Assembly (NCBI GenBank): GCA_963848305.1
Contig: CAWKDC010000001.1
Coordinates: 480,001 to 544,000, forward strand
Direction of reading: 5' to 3'
From: an uncultured Gammaproteobacteria bacterium
GTDB lineage: Bacteria; Pseudomonadota; Gammaproteobacteria; JABCZS01
Length of the DNA: 64,000 bases
In this document: piece after piece, positions 21,620 through 33,068 of the stretch
How the letters are laid out: each line of letters opens with the position of its first letter
How positions within the stretch are numbered: the stretch's first letter is position 1
Made by a program: the position numbers and the translations under genes
The notes under the pieces: model-generated
Told to the model about the DNA's origin: nothing
The model's database searches: none
What the model saw: the letters and a program-made list of their open reading frames with translations, nothing else

Positions 21620-22360
21620 ATGAACCATGACAGCATTCATAAAGAACTCAGCAATGAATTCGACCAGTTTCAAACCCTGCTTTTGTGCCAGAAATTGTTC
21701 GTGAATAAAAACGGGGCACATATACTCCCTAAAAATGTCATGCAATTGATTTGTTTATATTTTCTCGCTCCTTTTCAAGCACTCAATCAATATACTCCCT
21801 TAGTTGATCTTGAAGAGAATTTACGTTTATACCTGCGTATGAAACGTGAAGGAGTTACCGTATCTGATCAACACCTTGAAGAAATTGAAACTGCTCAAGC
21901 TAGCATACTGCCCGCTATTGAAACCCTTGAAAAGGTTTTGCATGGCCAGTTACGCACAAACTTGAAAAAGCACTTCTATGATATCTATCATGCATTTGAT
22001 CGTGGATTCAGGTTACAGTACAATTACTCTCTCCTATTTTTGTCGCACAAAGGGCAAATTCCTAATCCCTACGCCAGTCTTTTTATAGAAATGGGCGCAG
22101 CGTCGTACCATGATGTGGATAATGATGGTAAAACATACCTGCACCGCTTAATTGGCAACAATAATATATTTACATGCCGTAAAAATGTTAAACGTGCAGT
22201 AGAAACCATTGGCATTGATCCCACCCTAAAAGACAAGGATGGGAAAACAGCCCGTGATTATGAATCAGAAAAAGATGCAGGAAGAAAAAAAGTGATTGAT
22301 TATTTAAAACAAGCTGAAGAAGAAGAGCCTATACGTTGTATTCGATCTTTATTCAATTAA
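21620..22360 (+). CDS. Ankyrin-repeat protein with N-terminal F-box-like motif (candidate effector)
   Basis: DNDGKTYLHRL and LKDKDGKTARDY ankyrin motifs; ILPKNVMQLICLYF; acidic C-terminus EEEE. Confidence 0.72.
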   Translation: MNHDSIHKELSNEFDQFQTLLLCQKLFVNKNGAHILPKNVMQLICLYFLAPFQALNQYTPLVDLEENLRLYLRMKREGVTVSDQHLEEIETAQASILPAIETLEKVLHGQLRTNLKKHFYDIYHAFDRGFRLQYNYSLLFLSHKGQIPNPYASLFIEMGAASYHDVDNDGKTYLHRLIGNNNIFTCRKNVKRAVETIGIDPTLKDKDGKTARDYESEKDAGRKKVIDYLKQAEEEEPIRCIRSLFN

Positions 22361-22389
22361 AGTATATCCCTTAAATTTGGATCTACACA

Positions 22390-22795
22390 ATGATCACTGC
22401 AACACAGGAAACATTTTCTCAAACCATTCAAAGAATAAAAGATGAAAATGATACCCTAACAGGGCCGGCGCTATTTGAAGCTTTTGCAGCCTGGTTGCGG
22501 ATTTACGTGAACCCATGGGTGATAAAGGCAAATGCAGAACATCCTGATACACCAGATATCAGCTATCGCAAAATTAAACAGGCAGCGGACGTTACTCGAT
22601 GAAATACCCAATGGTTGGGGGGAATATAACATTATCTGGATATGTGCAGTCCTCAATGCTGCCGCCTGTACGGTTCTGTGTGTCCGTGAAGAACTTATCT
22701 CTACGAGAAGGAGTGCTGTCGCTCGCCCCGTCCTGACGCAGCGAAACGAGGAGAATCTTGGTGATCAAGAAATGCAGATTATGCTGCTGCGATAA
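22390..22795 (+). CDS. Hypothetical protein, probably one gene split by an indel near 22590
   Basis: Overlapping 70-aa and 87-aa ORFs directly after the ankyrin gene. Confidence 0.4.
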
Positions 22796-22861
22796 GCAAG
22801 CAATTATTTGTGAGATTAATGCGGCCTTACAAATAACGTCAATGATGATGCCAAAATAGAA

Positions 22862-22888
22862 AACCCCGTACACGAATGTACAGGGTTT
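22862..22888. terminator. Hairpin between convergent genes
   Basis: aaaccccgtaca-cgaa-tgtacagggttt with A/T flanks. Confidence 0.6.
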
Positions 22889-22951
22889 CCAAGTTCCCTA
22901 AACCTCTGCCCCTATAGATGCTCAGGGCGGGTGGTTAAGCGCTCCGACGGA

Positions 22952-23539
22952 TTAAACCGCTGGATGAGCTACAACCACTTGAGGAGCTGCAACACGTTTC
23001 TTAGAACGTCTTACAGTGCGTTTTTTAGGAGCAGCTTTCTTAGCAGCCTTTCTTGCACCCTTTTTACGGGTTGCTTTCTTGGCAGCTTTAGGCTTTGCTG
23101 ATTTACGAACTTTACGTTTCGTGCCAGCAGCTTTACGCTTTGCACCAGCTTTACGCTTGGAAGACTTTTTAACGGTCTTCTTTGCAGCCTTTTTCAACGC
23201 AGCAGCAGCTTTCTTCAAGTCAGCGCGTAATTGAGCACGCAATTTCTTGAGTTCAGCAGCATGTTTTGCCTTCAGCTTTCTAGCTGCGACAGCATGCTTT
23301 GCCTTTGCACGTTTCAACATAGCAGCCGCTTTAACACGGATGGCTCTCAAACGTTTTGCAACGCTTGCGCCTTTGCTAGCTGTACGGCGCTTGGTAGCTT
23401 TCTTTGCTACTTTGCGGGTTGATTTACGTTTAACAGCAGCTTTCGTCGCTGTCTTACGCTTTGCTGCTTTGCGTTTAGGCTTAGCAGCTGGTGCAGCTTT
23501 CGCTGCAGCTTTTTTCACTTTACGTTTACGTGTAGCCAT
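22952..23539 (-). CDS. Histone H1-like lysine/arginine/alanine-rich DNA-binding protein
   Basis: 195 aa dominated by K, R and A (KKAAAK, KRK and AAPK repeats); GGAG RBS; biased codons (AAA, GCA/GCT, CGT). Confidence 0.85.
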   Translation of the reverse strand: MATRKRKVKKAAAKAAPAAKPKRKAAKRKTATKAAVKRKSTRKVAKKATKRRTASKGASVAKRLRAIRVKAAAMLKRAKAKHAVAARKLKAKHAAELKKLRAQLRADLKKAAAALKKAAKKTVKKSSKRKAGAKRKAAGTKRKVRKSAKPKAAKKATRKKGARKAAKKAAPKKRTVRRSKKRVAAPQVVVAHPAV

Positions 23540-23967
23540 AGTTTAGTCTCCTGAACTACTGTATAAGGGCGGTCAATAAAAACATAGCACATATGCAGAT
23601 AACTTCCACAACGCAAGTTGTTTTTTTTCAAAAAACCTTCAGATAATTCATAAAACTAGAATTAACTAATTGTTTTTAAAGGAAAATATTTTTTGAATTA
23701 TTTTGAAGAAAATTGTCATATCTAACAGTTGGTTATCACTTTTTTCATCAAAACAGCCTGTAGCCATAAAATTATTTGATGGTAAAGAGGGTCAATTTTC
23801 TGTAAAATGGCCGATGATTAAGAAGGCGTTGCACGTGTGTGGAATCCCTACGGCCAATAGGCCGCCCCCCTTTTCCAAAGGAAGGCAAGCATGCGAAAGC
23901 CCACCGCTTTCACGGGGATAAACTCAGCATACTGCGCCCTTACACCTAAATATATGAGAAATAAAGA

Positions 23968-26337
23968 ATGGCAATATCAAAACCCAAGAAAACAACGACC
24001 AAGAAATCTGCGGCCGCAGCTGATGCCCTGCCCAAACGTCTCATATTACTCCCCTTGGTTGAGCGGCCATTTTTCCCGCCCCAAACATTGCCGCTGTTAT
24101 TAGACAAAGAGCCCTGGCACAAAAGTATTCAACAAATCATTGAAACCAATGAAGGCGCGGCGGGCCTCATATTAACGCGTGCACAAAGCTCAGACGCCTC
24201 TAAGCCAAAAGATTTCTACCCTGTTGGAACCGCCATACGCGTACATCAACCTGTTGAAGCAGGTGAACAGGTTCAAATCATTGCAGAAGGTGCCAAACGA
24301 TTTAAAATTTTAAAATGGATTAAAAAAACACCCCCTTTTTTAGTCGAAGTCGAATACTTGGAGGATACGCAATCCAGTTCTGATGAGAAAAATAAAGCGT
24401 ATGTGATGGCCATTATCACTGCCCTTAAAGAATTGATTCCCCTCAATCCACTCTATTCCGAAGAGCTCAAATTTTTCCTCAAACGGTTTATTCCGAATGA
24501 TCCTTCCTACCTGTCTGATTTTGCAGCCAGCCTCACCAGTGCAGACAAGGAAGAACTTCAAGATATTTTGAATACGACAGATATCAGCAAACGTCTGAAA
24601 AAAGTTGTGCTGTTATTGAAAAAAGAAACTGAACTTGTGAAAATGCAGGTGAAGATCAGCGAAGAAGTCGAAGAAAAGATTGATGAACAACAACGTCACT
24701 TTTTCCTCAACGAACAATTAAAAGCCATTCAAAAAGAATTGGGTATCGCTAAGGATGATCGCACGGCTGAAATTGATCGATTTGAAGAAAAAATTGCTAA
24801 ATTACATTTACCCGAAGACACCCATGCCCGTGTTGAAGAAGAACTGGATAAACTCACTGTTCTGGAAATGGGATCACCCGAATATACGATCACCCGTAAT
24901 TATTTAGAATTGATCACCAGCCTACCTTGGCACACTTATTCAAAAGATAAACTCAGCCTGGTCAGTGCGCGCCGTATTTTGAACAAAGAACATGAAAGCT
25001 TGGATGATATCAAAGATCGCATTCTTGAGTTCATTGCAGTAGGTTCTTTGAAAGGCAAAATCAGCGGTACCATTTTATTGCTGGTCGGCCCACCCGGCGT
25101 TGGTAAAACATCAATTGGTCGGTCTATTGCCCATGCGGTTGGACGCAAATTTTATCGTTTTTCAGTCGGCGGCATGCGTGATGAAGCAGAAATCAAAGGC
25201 CACCGTCGCACATATATTGGCGCGATGCCTGGCAAAATCATTCAATGCTTGAAAGAAATGAAAGTGGCCAACCCGATCATCATGCTCGATGAAATTGACA
25301 AAATTGGAAGCTCTTATCAAGGCGACCCTGCATCTGCGCTGCTCGAAGTGCTCGACCCAGAGCAAAATAAAGATTTTCTTGATCATTATTTAGATATCCG
25401 TTTTGATTGCTCTAAAATCATGTTTATCTGCACTGCAAATCAGATCGACACGATCCCTCAAGCTTTATTAGATCGTATGGAAGTCTTGCATCTTGCCGGC
25501 TATATTCTTGAAGAAAAATTGCGTATCGCACAAAAACATTTATGGCCACGTTGTTTGAAAAACAGTGGCATTTCTGCTCACCAATTAATCCTGACTGAAC
25601 CTGCTTTGCGGATGATCATCCAGTCCTATGCACGCGAATCAGGCGTACGCTCATTGGAAAAATATCTGGCACGCATTGCGCGCAAAGCGGCCGTGAAAAT
25701 TGTCGGCGGCATGAAAGGGAAAATAACCATCGGACCCAAAGAGTTGCAAGAATATTTAGGCATTGCTCCTTTCATTGATGAAAAACCACTCGAAGGCATT
25801 GGTGTCGCAACAGGCCTTGCATGGACATCCATGGGTGGCGCGACGCTCAGCATTGAAGCCACGCAACATGCCGCCAAAGATCGTGGGTTTAAATCCACTG
25901 GTCAAATGGGCGATGTCATGAAAGAATCTGCGCAAATTGCATTCACCTACGTGTTAAGCACTTTGAAAGAGTATGGTTTATCTGAACATGTGTTCGAAAA
26001 CAGTCTCGTTCATTTACACATTCCTGAAGGCGCCACACCAAAAGACGGCCCATCCGCGGGTATCACGATGGCCACTGCCCTGTTTTCGCTGGCGATGAAT
26101 AAACCTGCGAAAACACAGATTGCGATGACAGGGGAATTGACCCTCACCGGTCAAGTGCTGGCCGTCGGCGGAATCAAAGAGAAAATCATTGCAGCCAAAC
26201 GCATTGGCATTCATGAAATCATCATGCCTGACAGCGTGCGGAAAGATTACGATGAATTGCCAGCGCATATCAAAGAAGGATTAGTGGTTCATTTTGTCAA
26301 ACATTATCGAGAGGTATTTGATTTGATGTTTGAATGA
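23968..26337 (+). CDS. lon: ATP-dependent Lon protease
   Basis: GPPGVGKTS, HRRTYIGAMPG, PKDGPSAG catalytic Ser, GGIKEK. Confidence 0.97.
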   Translation: MAISKPKKTTTKKSAAAADALPKRLILLPLVERPFFPPQTLPLLLDKEPWHKSIQQIIETNEGAAGLILTRAQSSDASKPKDFYPVGTAIRVHQPVEAGEQVQIIAEGAKRFKILKWIKKTPPFLVEVEYLEDTQSSSDEKNKAYVMAIITALKELIPLNPLYSEELKFFLKRFIPNDPSYLSDFAASLTSADKEELQDILNTTDISKRLKKVVLLLKKETELVKMQVKISEEVEEKIDEQQRHFFLNEQLKAIQKELGIAKDDRTAEIDRFEEKIAKLHLPEDTHARVEEELDKLTVLEMGSPEYTITRNYLELITSLPWHTYSKDKLSLVSARRILNKEHESLDDIKDRILEFIAVGSLKGKISGTILLLVGPPGVGKTSIGRSIAHAVGRKFYRFSVGGMRDEAEIKGHRRTYIGAMPGKIIQCLKEMKVANPIIMLDEIDKIGSSYQGDPASALLEVLDPEQNKDFLDHYLDIRFDCSKIMFICTANQIDTIPQALLDRMEVLHLAGYILEEKLRIAQKHLWPRCLKNSGISAHQLILTEPALRMIIQSYARESGVRSLEKYLARIARKAAVKIVGGMKGKITIGPKELQEYLGIAPFIDEKPLEGIGVATGLAWTSMGGATLSIEATQHAAKDRGFKSTGQMGDVMKESAQIAFTYVLSTLKEYGLSEHVFENSLVHLHIPEGATPKDGPSAGITMATALFSLAMNKPAKTQIAMTGELTLTGQVLAVGGIKEKIIAAKRIGIHEIIMPDSVRKDYDELPAHIKEGLVVHFVKHYREVFDLMFE

Positions 26338-27320
26338 GCGCCGAAAGCAGTCTGATATGTGAATCGCTATCATTCAACGCTGGAATATAATGATAATGCT
26401 GTCCGCCTGCTGCTAAAAATACTTGCTTCAATGTATGGCTCAACTCTTCTAACGTTTCCAAACAATCTGCGCTAAATGACGGACTGATCACATCGACATG
26501 ATCAATCCCCTCGCCTGCCCAGGCTTTCAATACATCAACCGTGTAAGGCTTCACCCAAGCTTTACGGACCAAAACGGGATTGAAAGGTCACTTGATACTC
26601 TTCTGCATTCAACTTTAAACGCGCAGCCAATAAACGGGCAGTGTCATGGCATTGATCGGGATACGGATCGCCCGCATGATGATACTCTTCTGGTATTCCG
26701 TGAAAGGACAACAACAACCGTTGCCCGCGTCCTCTTTCTCTCCAATGGTTTTCGATGGATTGAGCCAATGCATCGATGTACAATGGATGATCATGATAAG
26801 ACCGGATGGTATGAATAGGTGGGAGATTGAGATCATGGTGCTGTTTCAATACATCAAAAACGGATTCGGTCGTGGTCACAGAATATTGTGGATAAAGTGG
26901 CAATACAAATAATGAACCATGATTGTTTTGCGCAATGGTTTTCAAAACATCACGCATGTTGGGTTCCCCGTAACGCATGCCGACGTAAACCGTATTATTG
27001 CTCAGGGCTGCTTGAAGCTTTACAGCAGTGCGGGTGGTGATCACACGAAGTGGGCTCCCCTCATCCCACCAAATACTTTGATAGAGCTTGGCAACTTTAG
27101 GGGAACGCAAGGGTAAAATGATAAAGTGTAATAATGGGCACCAAAGCCAGCGCGTAAGGCCAATCACACGTTTGTCATGCAAGAATTCAGCCAGGAAAGA
27201 TTTAACGGCGTGTGTAGTGGGCGCGGTGGGCGTGCCGAGGTTGATGATGAGTGCGGCATCCGTTATAACCCCCGTTTGATGGGCGCAATTACGCGCCCCT
27301 ACAAGAGGGTCATTCATCAT
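26297..27320 (-). CDS. hemH: Ferrochelatase; frameshift near 26570, start uncertain
   Basis: NLGTP, PLYPQYS, SFHGIP, GDPY, FQSRFG, then W.KPYT, FSADCLETLEE, IPALND in the second frame. Confidence 0.93.
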
Positions 27321-27658
27321 TTCACTTGCTCTTTCGTGATCGCCTGAGCCTCAGTCAACAAACGGTGTAGTTCTTGTTTGGGCAGCATGCCGGATTGAAC
27401 AAAGACTGCTACTTGATGGCGAATGATCACGGTCGTAGGCACTGAGCGCACATTGAACGCGCTGGCCAATTCCTGTTCTTTGCTGACATCGATGGTTCCA
27501 AATAACACAGCGGGGAAATGCTCAGCCATGTCTTTCACCGTTTCTTTAAACGATTGACAAGGTTCGCACCAATCGGCGCTGAAATCCATCACGATAAAAT
27601 CATGTTTATCGAAATACGTATCAAAATTATCTTTGTTCAATGAAATGACTTTACCCAT
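27317..27658 (-). CDS. Thioredoxin-family protein
   Basis: DFSADWCEPCQ (WCxxC), VRSVPT. Confidence 0.9.
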   Translation of the reverse strand: MGKVISLNKDNFDTYFDKHDFIVMDFSADWCEPCQSFKETVKDMAEHFPAVLFGTIDVSKEQELASAFNVRSVPTTVIIRHQVAVFVQSGMLPKQELHRLLTEAQAITKEQVK

Positions 27659-27661
27659 GCG

Positions 27662-28334
<673 letters not shown>

Positions 28335-28718
28335 GGAAGACTCCTTCAATGAAGATAAAATGCGCTTCACGCGCTGCCATAGGGCTTCTTGCTGATTGAG
28401 CGATAGTGTATCAAACCGCGCCCCATTCGCCAATGCCAAATGTTGCATCCACAAAAATCGCTTTAAAAACTTCTGGTTAGCCAATCCCAGGGTTTCTGTA
28501 GAGCATAGTCCGGTCAGCCGCGCCACCTGTGTGAGCGTGAGAAAACAATCTCCCAACTCTTCTTGGATGTCCTTTTTGTCTTTCTTTTCAATGGCTTCAA
28601 TACACTCTTCACACTCTTCTATGAGCTTTCGCAGTGCTAAGCGCGGATCCTGCCAATCAAACCCCTGAGCAGCGGCCATCTCGCCAATAGCGTGTGAATG
28701 GATGAGGGGGTCGGTCAT
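28335..28718 (-). CDS. mazG: MazG-like nucleotide pyrophosphohydrolase (single domain); reads in frame into adk here
   Basis: GFDW, KL.EE..E, EELGD, ANQKF.KRF; ATGA overlap with the relA stop. Confidence 0.85.
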
Positions 28719-30913
28719 GAGGATTCCTCTTGAGAGCGGGCGCATTCAATCACATTGGGGAGTGCACTCAAGCGAGACAATACACGTGATAACATCGCCA
28801 AGTCGGCCACTTCCACGGTCATGTCGGTGCGCACAGAATTATCCGCTCGATTTGATTTAGAATGGAGCGAGGTGACGTTGACTTTTTCAGACGATAAAAG
28901 CGAAGTGATATCGCGTAATAAATCTTTGCGATCATACGAATGAATAAAAATATGTACGGGATACATCTGACTTTCATTTCCGCCCCAATTCACTGCAATG
29001 ATTTTTTCAGGATGTTCTTCTTGTGAATAGTGAATATTCGGACAATCAGCACGATGAATGGACACCCCTTTCCCAAGTGCCAAATAACCTAAGATAGGAT
29101 CTCCGCGCACGGGCGAACAACATTGTGCATAGGTGGCCAATAAATTACCAACACCGGAAATCGTGATATCGTCATGATGTTTTTTGGCAGGAATATGTCG
29201 TCTTACAGGCGCTACCCTATTCAAATCTTGACCGAAAGCAGTGTGCAAGACTTGCGCCATGCGAATATCACCGCGGCCTAATGCAGCTAAAACATCATCA
29301 CCACTTTGTAAATTAATCTTTTTAGCAACTGCTTCTAGATCAACAGAACCCAAATTCAACCGATCGCATTCTTTATCTAAATATTGTCGGCCATCTTGAA
29401 TATTATCGTCCCTGTTTTGCAACCTGAACCAGGCTCGTACTTTAGATTTGGCACGTGATGTGAATAAGTAACCGGATTCATTGTGCAACCAATCCTTCCC
29501 GGGACGAGACTCGCTTTGCGCAATGATTTCAATTTGATCACTGCTGTTTAAAACATAGGTTAAAGGAACCATTCGCCCATTGACTTTCGCACCGCGCGTC
29601 CTGTGACCCAGATCGGTATGGACATGATAAGCAAAATCGAGCGGGGTAGATCCTTTAGGTAAATCCACTACCTCGCCTTTGGGCGTGAAAACATAAACGC
29701 GATCTTCTGTCACGGTATTTTTCAATTCATTGAATAGATCATCGGCGTTGCTGATTTCTTGTTGCCACTCAAGCAATGCGTTCAGCCATTTCATTTTGTG
29801 TTGATCAGGCAGCGCCGTTTTAGCCCCTTCTTTGTAGGCCCAATGCGCACAGACACCTATTTCAGATTCTTCATGCATGGCGTGAGTGCGGATCTGCACT
29901 TCCAATACTTTTCCCTGAGGCCCGACAACAGCAGTGTGAAGCGATCGATAACCATTGGCTTTAGGAGCTGCAATATAATCGTCAAATTCTTTTGGGATAT
30001 GTGGCCATAAACCATGAACAATACCCAATACCGCATAGCAATCGCTGATTTTATCAACCAATACGCGAATAGCTCGCACATCATACACTTCTTCGTATTG
30101 GATATTTTTACGTTGCATTTTCCGCCAAATCGAATAAATATGTTTGATGCGACCATCCACACTGGCATGCACACCTTCTGATTTCATTTTCTGTGTCAGT
30201 GTTTGAATAACTTCATCAACCGAGCGTAGGCGATCCAATCGTTTTTCGGCTACCAATTTCGCAATTTGCGTATATTTCTCTGGTTCTAAATATCGAAAGC
30301 TGAGATCTTCTAACTGCCACTTTAAATGTCCGACACCCAAACGATTGGCGAGTGGAGCATATACTTCCCGCGCTTCAATTGCCAGTGATTTTTGAATATC
30401 GGGTTTTGCGTCTCTTGCGTATTCTAACGCGGCAATATGATGCCCTAGCTTGATCAACACCACACGGATGTCTTCCACCATTGACACTAACATTTTACGC
30501 AAATTATCCAGGTGATGTGCATAATCATCTAAATCGACTTCATAGGCACGCAAATGATGCAGTGCATCCATTTGCTTGACACCCATGACTAATTTTGCAA
30601 TATCAGACGAATAATGCGATTTCAAATAAGACTCATTGAACTGTTTCGCAATCGCCATGGGATAAATAAAAGCGGCCGCTAAGCCATCGGGATCCAAATT
30701 GATTTCGGCTAAAATTTCGACGAGATGTGCGCCGGAAGCGATGAAGACAGGATCAAGTTTTTCTGTTTCAGCATAGGACAATGCTTTCTCACAAGATGCA
30801 CGAAGTTTTTCGCGGTAAGGATCGCCCATGTAGGCGACCACATGGCTCAACCAAGGTGACAGCGTTTCAACCGTTAAAGGCGCTTCTAGAATCGTCTTCC
30901 TCAGTTTAGCCAT
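28715..30913 (-). CDS. relA: GTP pyrophosphokinase RelA
   Basis: [37 protein letters not shown] and ACT domains; no HD motif; rlmD-relA-mazG synteny. Confidence 0.96.
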   Translation of the reverse strand: MAKLRKTILEAPLTVETLSPWLSHVVAYMGDPYREKLRASCEKALSYAETEKLDPVFIASGAHLVEILAEINLDPDGLAAAFIYPMAIAKQFNESYLKSHYSSDIAKLVMGVKQMDALHHLRAYEVDLDDYAHHLDNLRKMLVSMVEDIRVVLIKLGHHIAALEYARDAKPDIQKSLAIEAREVYAPLANRLGVGHLKWQLEDLSFRYLEPEKYTQIAKLVAEKRLDRLRSVDEVIQTLTQKMKSEGVHASVDGRIKHIYSIWRKMQRKNIQYEEVYDVRAIRVLVDKISDCYAVLGIVHGLWPHIPKEFDDYIAAPKANGYRSLHTAVVGPQGKVLEVQIRTHAMHEESEIGVCAHWAYKEGAKTALPDQHKMKWLNALLEWQQEISNADDLFNELKNTVTEDRVYVFTPKGEVVDLPKGSTPLDFAYHVHTDLGHRTRGAKVNGRMVPLTYVLNSSDQIEIIAQSESRPGKDWLHNESGYLFTSRAKSKVRAWFRLQNRDDNIQDGRQYLDKECDRLNLGSVDLEAVAKKINLQSGDDVLAALGRGDIRMAQVLHTAFGQDLNRVAPVRRHIPAKKHHDDITISGVGNLLATYAQCCSPVRGDPILGYLALGKGVSIHRADCPNIHYSQEEHPEKIIAVNWGGNESQMYPVHIFIHSYDRKDLLRDITSLLSSEKVNVTSLHSKSNRADNSVRTDMTVEVADLAMLSRVLSRLSALPNVIECARSQEESS

Positions 30914-30914
30914 G

Positions 30915-32243
30915 CTAACCTCTTTTGAACAGTGCCATTGCTTCCGTGTGCTGTGTGTGCGTAAACATGTCCATCGCACCGAGTCGCGCCAAATGATAAC
31001 CTTGCTCTTTCAAAATCCCTGCATCACGAGCCAATGTCGCGGGATTGCAGGACACATACACAATGTGTGACGGGTTCCATTGCTTGATGCGCGTCACAAT
31101 ATTCTTCGCACCCGTTCGAGGTGGGTCAATTAAAAGTTTGTCGTATTGACGCATTGCCCAAGGCGCATCCAGTGTTTCACTGTCCAGATCTGCAGCGTGC
31201 CCTTCAATATTGATGATGCGGTTGAGTGCAGCATTTTCAGCCAGACGCAGCACCATCCCTGGGTCCCCTTCTACCGCAACCACTTGTTGCGCACGTTTTG
31301 CCAAGGGTAATGAAAAATTCCCCAGTCCACAAAATAAATCTAACACGGTTTCGCTATGATCAACTTGAAGCCACTCCATCGCCTGCGCCACCATTTTGGT
31401 ATTCACGGCTTGATTGACTTGAATAAAATCGTTAGGGTGAAATTGTAAGGTAATATCTGAGACACCGAGCGCATAATGCAATCTTTCAGGTGAATCATTG
31501 GCAGGCCAAATTCGGTGAACTGTATCGGGACCTTTCGGTTGTAAATATAGATGAAAACGCGTTTGTTCAGCAAATGCAAGCAATGCCGCCATGTCTTTGC
31601 TTGAGATGGGTGTCAGATGGCGAATGGTGATCGCTGTCGCGTCATCCCCAACCGATAATTCAATTTGAGCAATGTCTTGGCGGTTGTCAAACGTTTCGAA
31701 TAAAGCGCGCACTGTTTCCCAATGATCAGAAAATTCAGGTCGCACCACAATACAGGTTTTGCAATCCGTTAAATAACGCGAGGATTGTTCCCGAAAACCC
31801 ATCAATAATTTTTCCTTTTTATTCACATAACGCAATCCAATACGAGCGCGGCGACGGTAGCCAATGGGTTTGTCTTGAAGCGGCGCAACCACTTCATCAG
31901 GTATCACATTCCCAAAATGTTGCAGTTGTTCTAGCAATTGTGTTTCTTTCATTTTGATTTGCATAGCAGGAGACATGTGCTGCAAATCACAGCCACCACA
32001 TACGCCGAAATGCTGACAAGGTGGCGTGACACGATCAGGGCTGGGGCTGATAATGGATTCGACCTCCCCCATCGCCACACTGCGTTTATCTTCCGTGATG
32101 CGAACCGAGACGGTTTCACCTGGCAATGCCTGTGCCACAAAACAACGCTTCCCATTGGGCAGTGTACCAATGCCGCGGCCTTCATGCGAGAGCGCGTCGA
32201 TCGTGAGCTCAGTGACCGTATTTTTCAGGGGTGCTTGACGCAT
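30915..32243 (-). CDS. rlmD: 23S rRNA (uracil1939-C5)-methyltransferase RlmD
   Basis: TRAM domain, C.HFGVCGGC, LDLFCGLGNF, DPPRTG, YVSCNPATLARD. Confidence 0.95.
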   Translation of the reverse strand: MRQAPLKNTVTELTIDALSHEGRGIGTLPNGKRCFVAQALPGETVSVRITEDKRSVAMGEVESIISPSPDRVTPPCQHFGVCGGCDLQHMSPAMQIKMKETQLLEQLQHFGNVIPDEVVAPLQDKPIGYRRRARIGLRYVNKKEKLLMGFREQSSRYLTDCKTCIVVRPEFSDHWETVRALFETFDNRQDIAQIELSVGDDATAITIRHLTPISSKDMAALLAFAEQTRFHLYLQPKGPDTVHRIWPANDSPERLHYALGVSDITLQFHPNDFIQVNQAVNTKMVAQAMEWLQVDHSETVLDLFCGLGNFSLPLAKRAQQVVAVEGDPGMVLRLAENAALNRIINIEGHAADLDSETLDAPWAMRQYDKLLIDPPRTGAKNIVTRIKQWNPSHIVYVSCNPATLARDAGILKEQGYHLARLGAMDMFTHTQHTEAMALFKRG

Positions 32244-33026
32244 TAAATGGCGCTCCCGTGGGTCCCATTCTTTAATAAACTCGGCTGCATAGGCCTTTCC
32301 GCTGGTGGCAAGGGTCTCCATTACCACCGCTTTCTCCCGCTCATAAGCATCGGGCATTAATTCGCCCCGCATGCGCTGAAAAGCTAAATAGGTTAAATAG
32401 GTGTTCAAGACATCTGTTTCGCAGTAATCTCGAATCTCGCTGATTTTTCCTGCTTGATAGGCATCCCACACATCACTTCCGTGCATGCCCATTTTGCCAG
32501 GCAGACCCAACATCAGGGCAATATGATCCAGCGGTGCGGCAGCTCGAGGCGTGTAACCTGATAGAACATCCATCAGATCGATGTGTCGATAATGGTATCG
32601 ATTTAAGTAATTGTTATATTTGAATTGTTGATTATGATCCCCTACTTCCCAGTATTGCGCGGCTGTGATGCCGTGCTTGAGCGCACGGTAATGGAGCACC
32701 GGTAAATCAAACCCAGTACCATTCCAGGACACCAGCGTGGGCACAAAGCGGTCGAGGCCGGCAAAAAAGCGTTCGATGATGTCTTTCTCAGGGCTGTTTT
32801 CCTCACCCAACGACCAGATGGTTAATTTATCAGGCGTTTTCAATACACAGGAAATAGCGACGACGCGTTGCAGATAATGGGGTAAAAAGGTGGTTTGATG
32901 GGTTTGCATGCGCCAGGCAAACAGAGCCTGAGCGACCTCTGCATCGCTGACATCCCCACACTTAAGTATCTTTCTGCCCAAATCACAATCGGGAATTGTT
33001 TCAATATCAAAGACAAAGACGGACAT
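32244..33026 (-). CDS. Predicted PolB-related 3'-5' exonuclease; reads in frame into rlmD here
   Basis: VFDIETIPD, SWNGTGFDLPVL, HIDLMD, YCETDVLNTY (DEDDy). Confidence 0.9.
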
Positions 33027-33068
33027 GTACACCCCCTCTCGGCAAACCACGGGGGAGTATACCACATT

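Noticed and set aside
23016-23546. Plus-strand Ala/Phe/Leu-rich ORFs
   Set aside because: Antisense shadows of the low-complexity histone-like gene.
30915-33065. Apparent 716-aa exonuclease-RlmD fusion
   Set aside because: The junction has its own GGAG RBS and a TAATG stop/start overlap one base out of frame. With the indel rate seen here, two separate genes are more likely.
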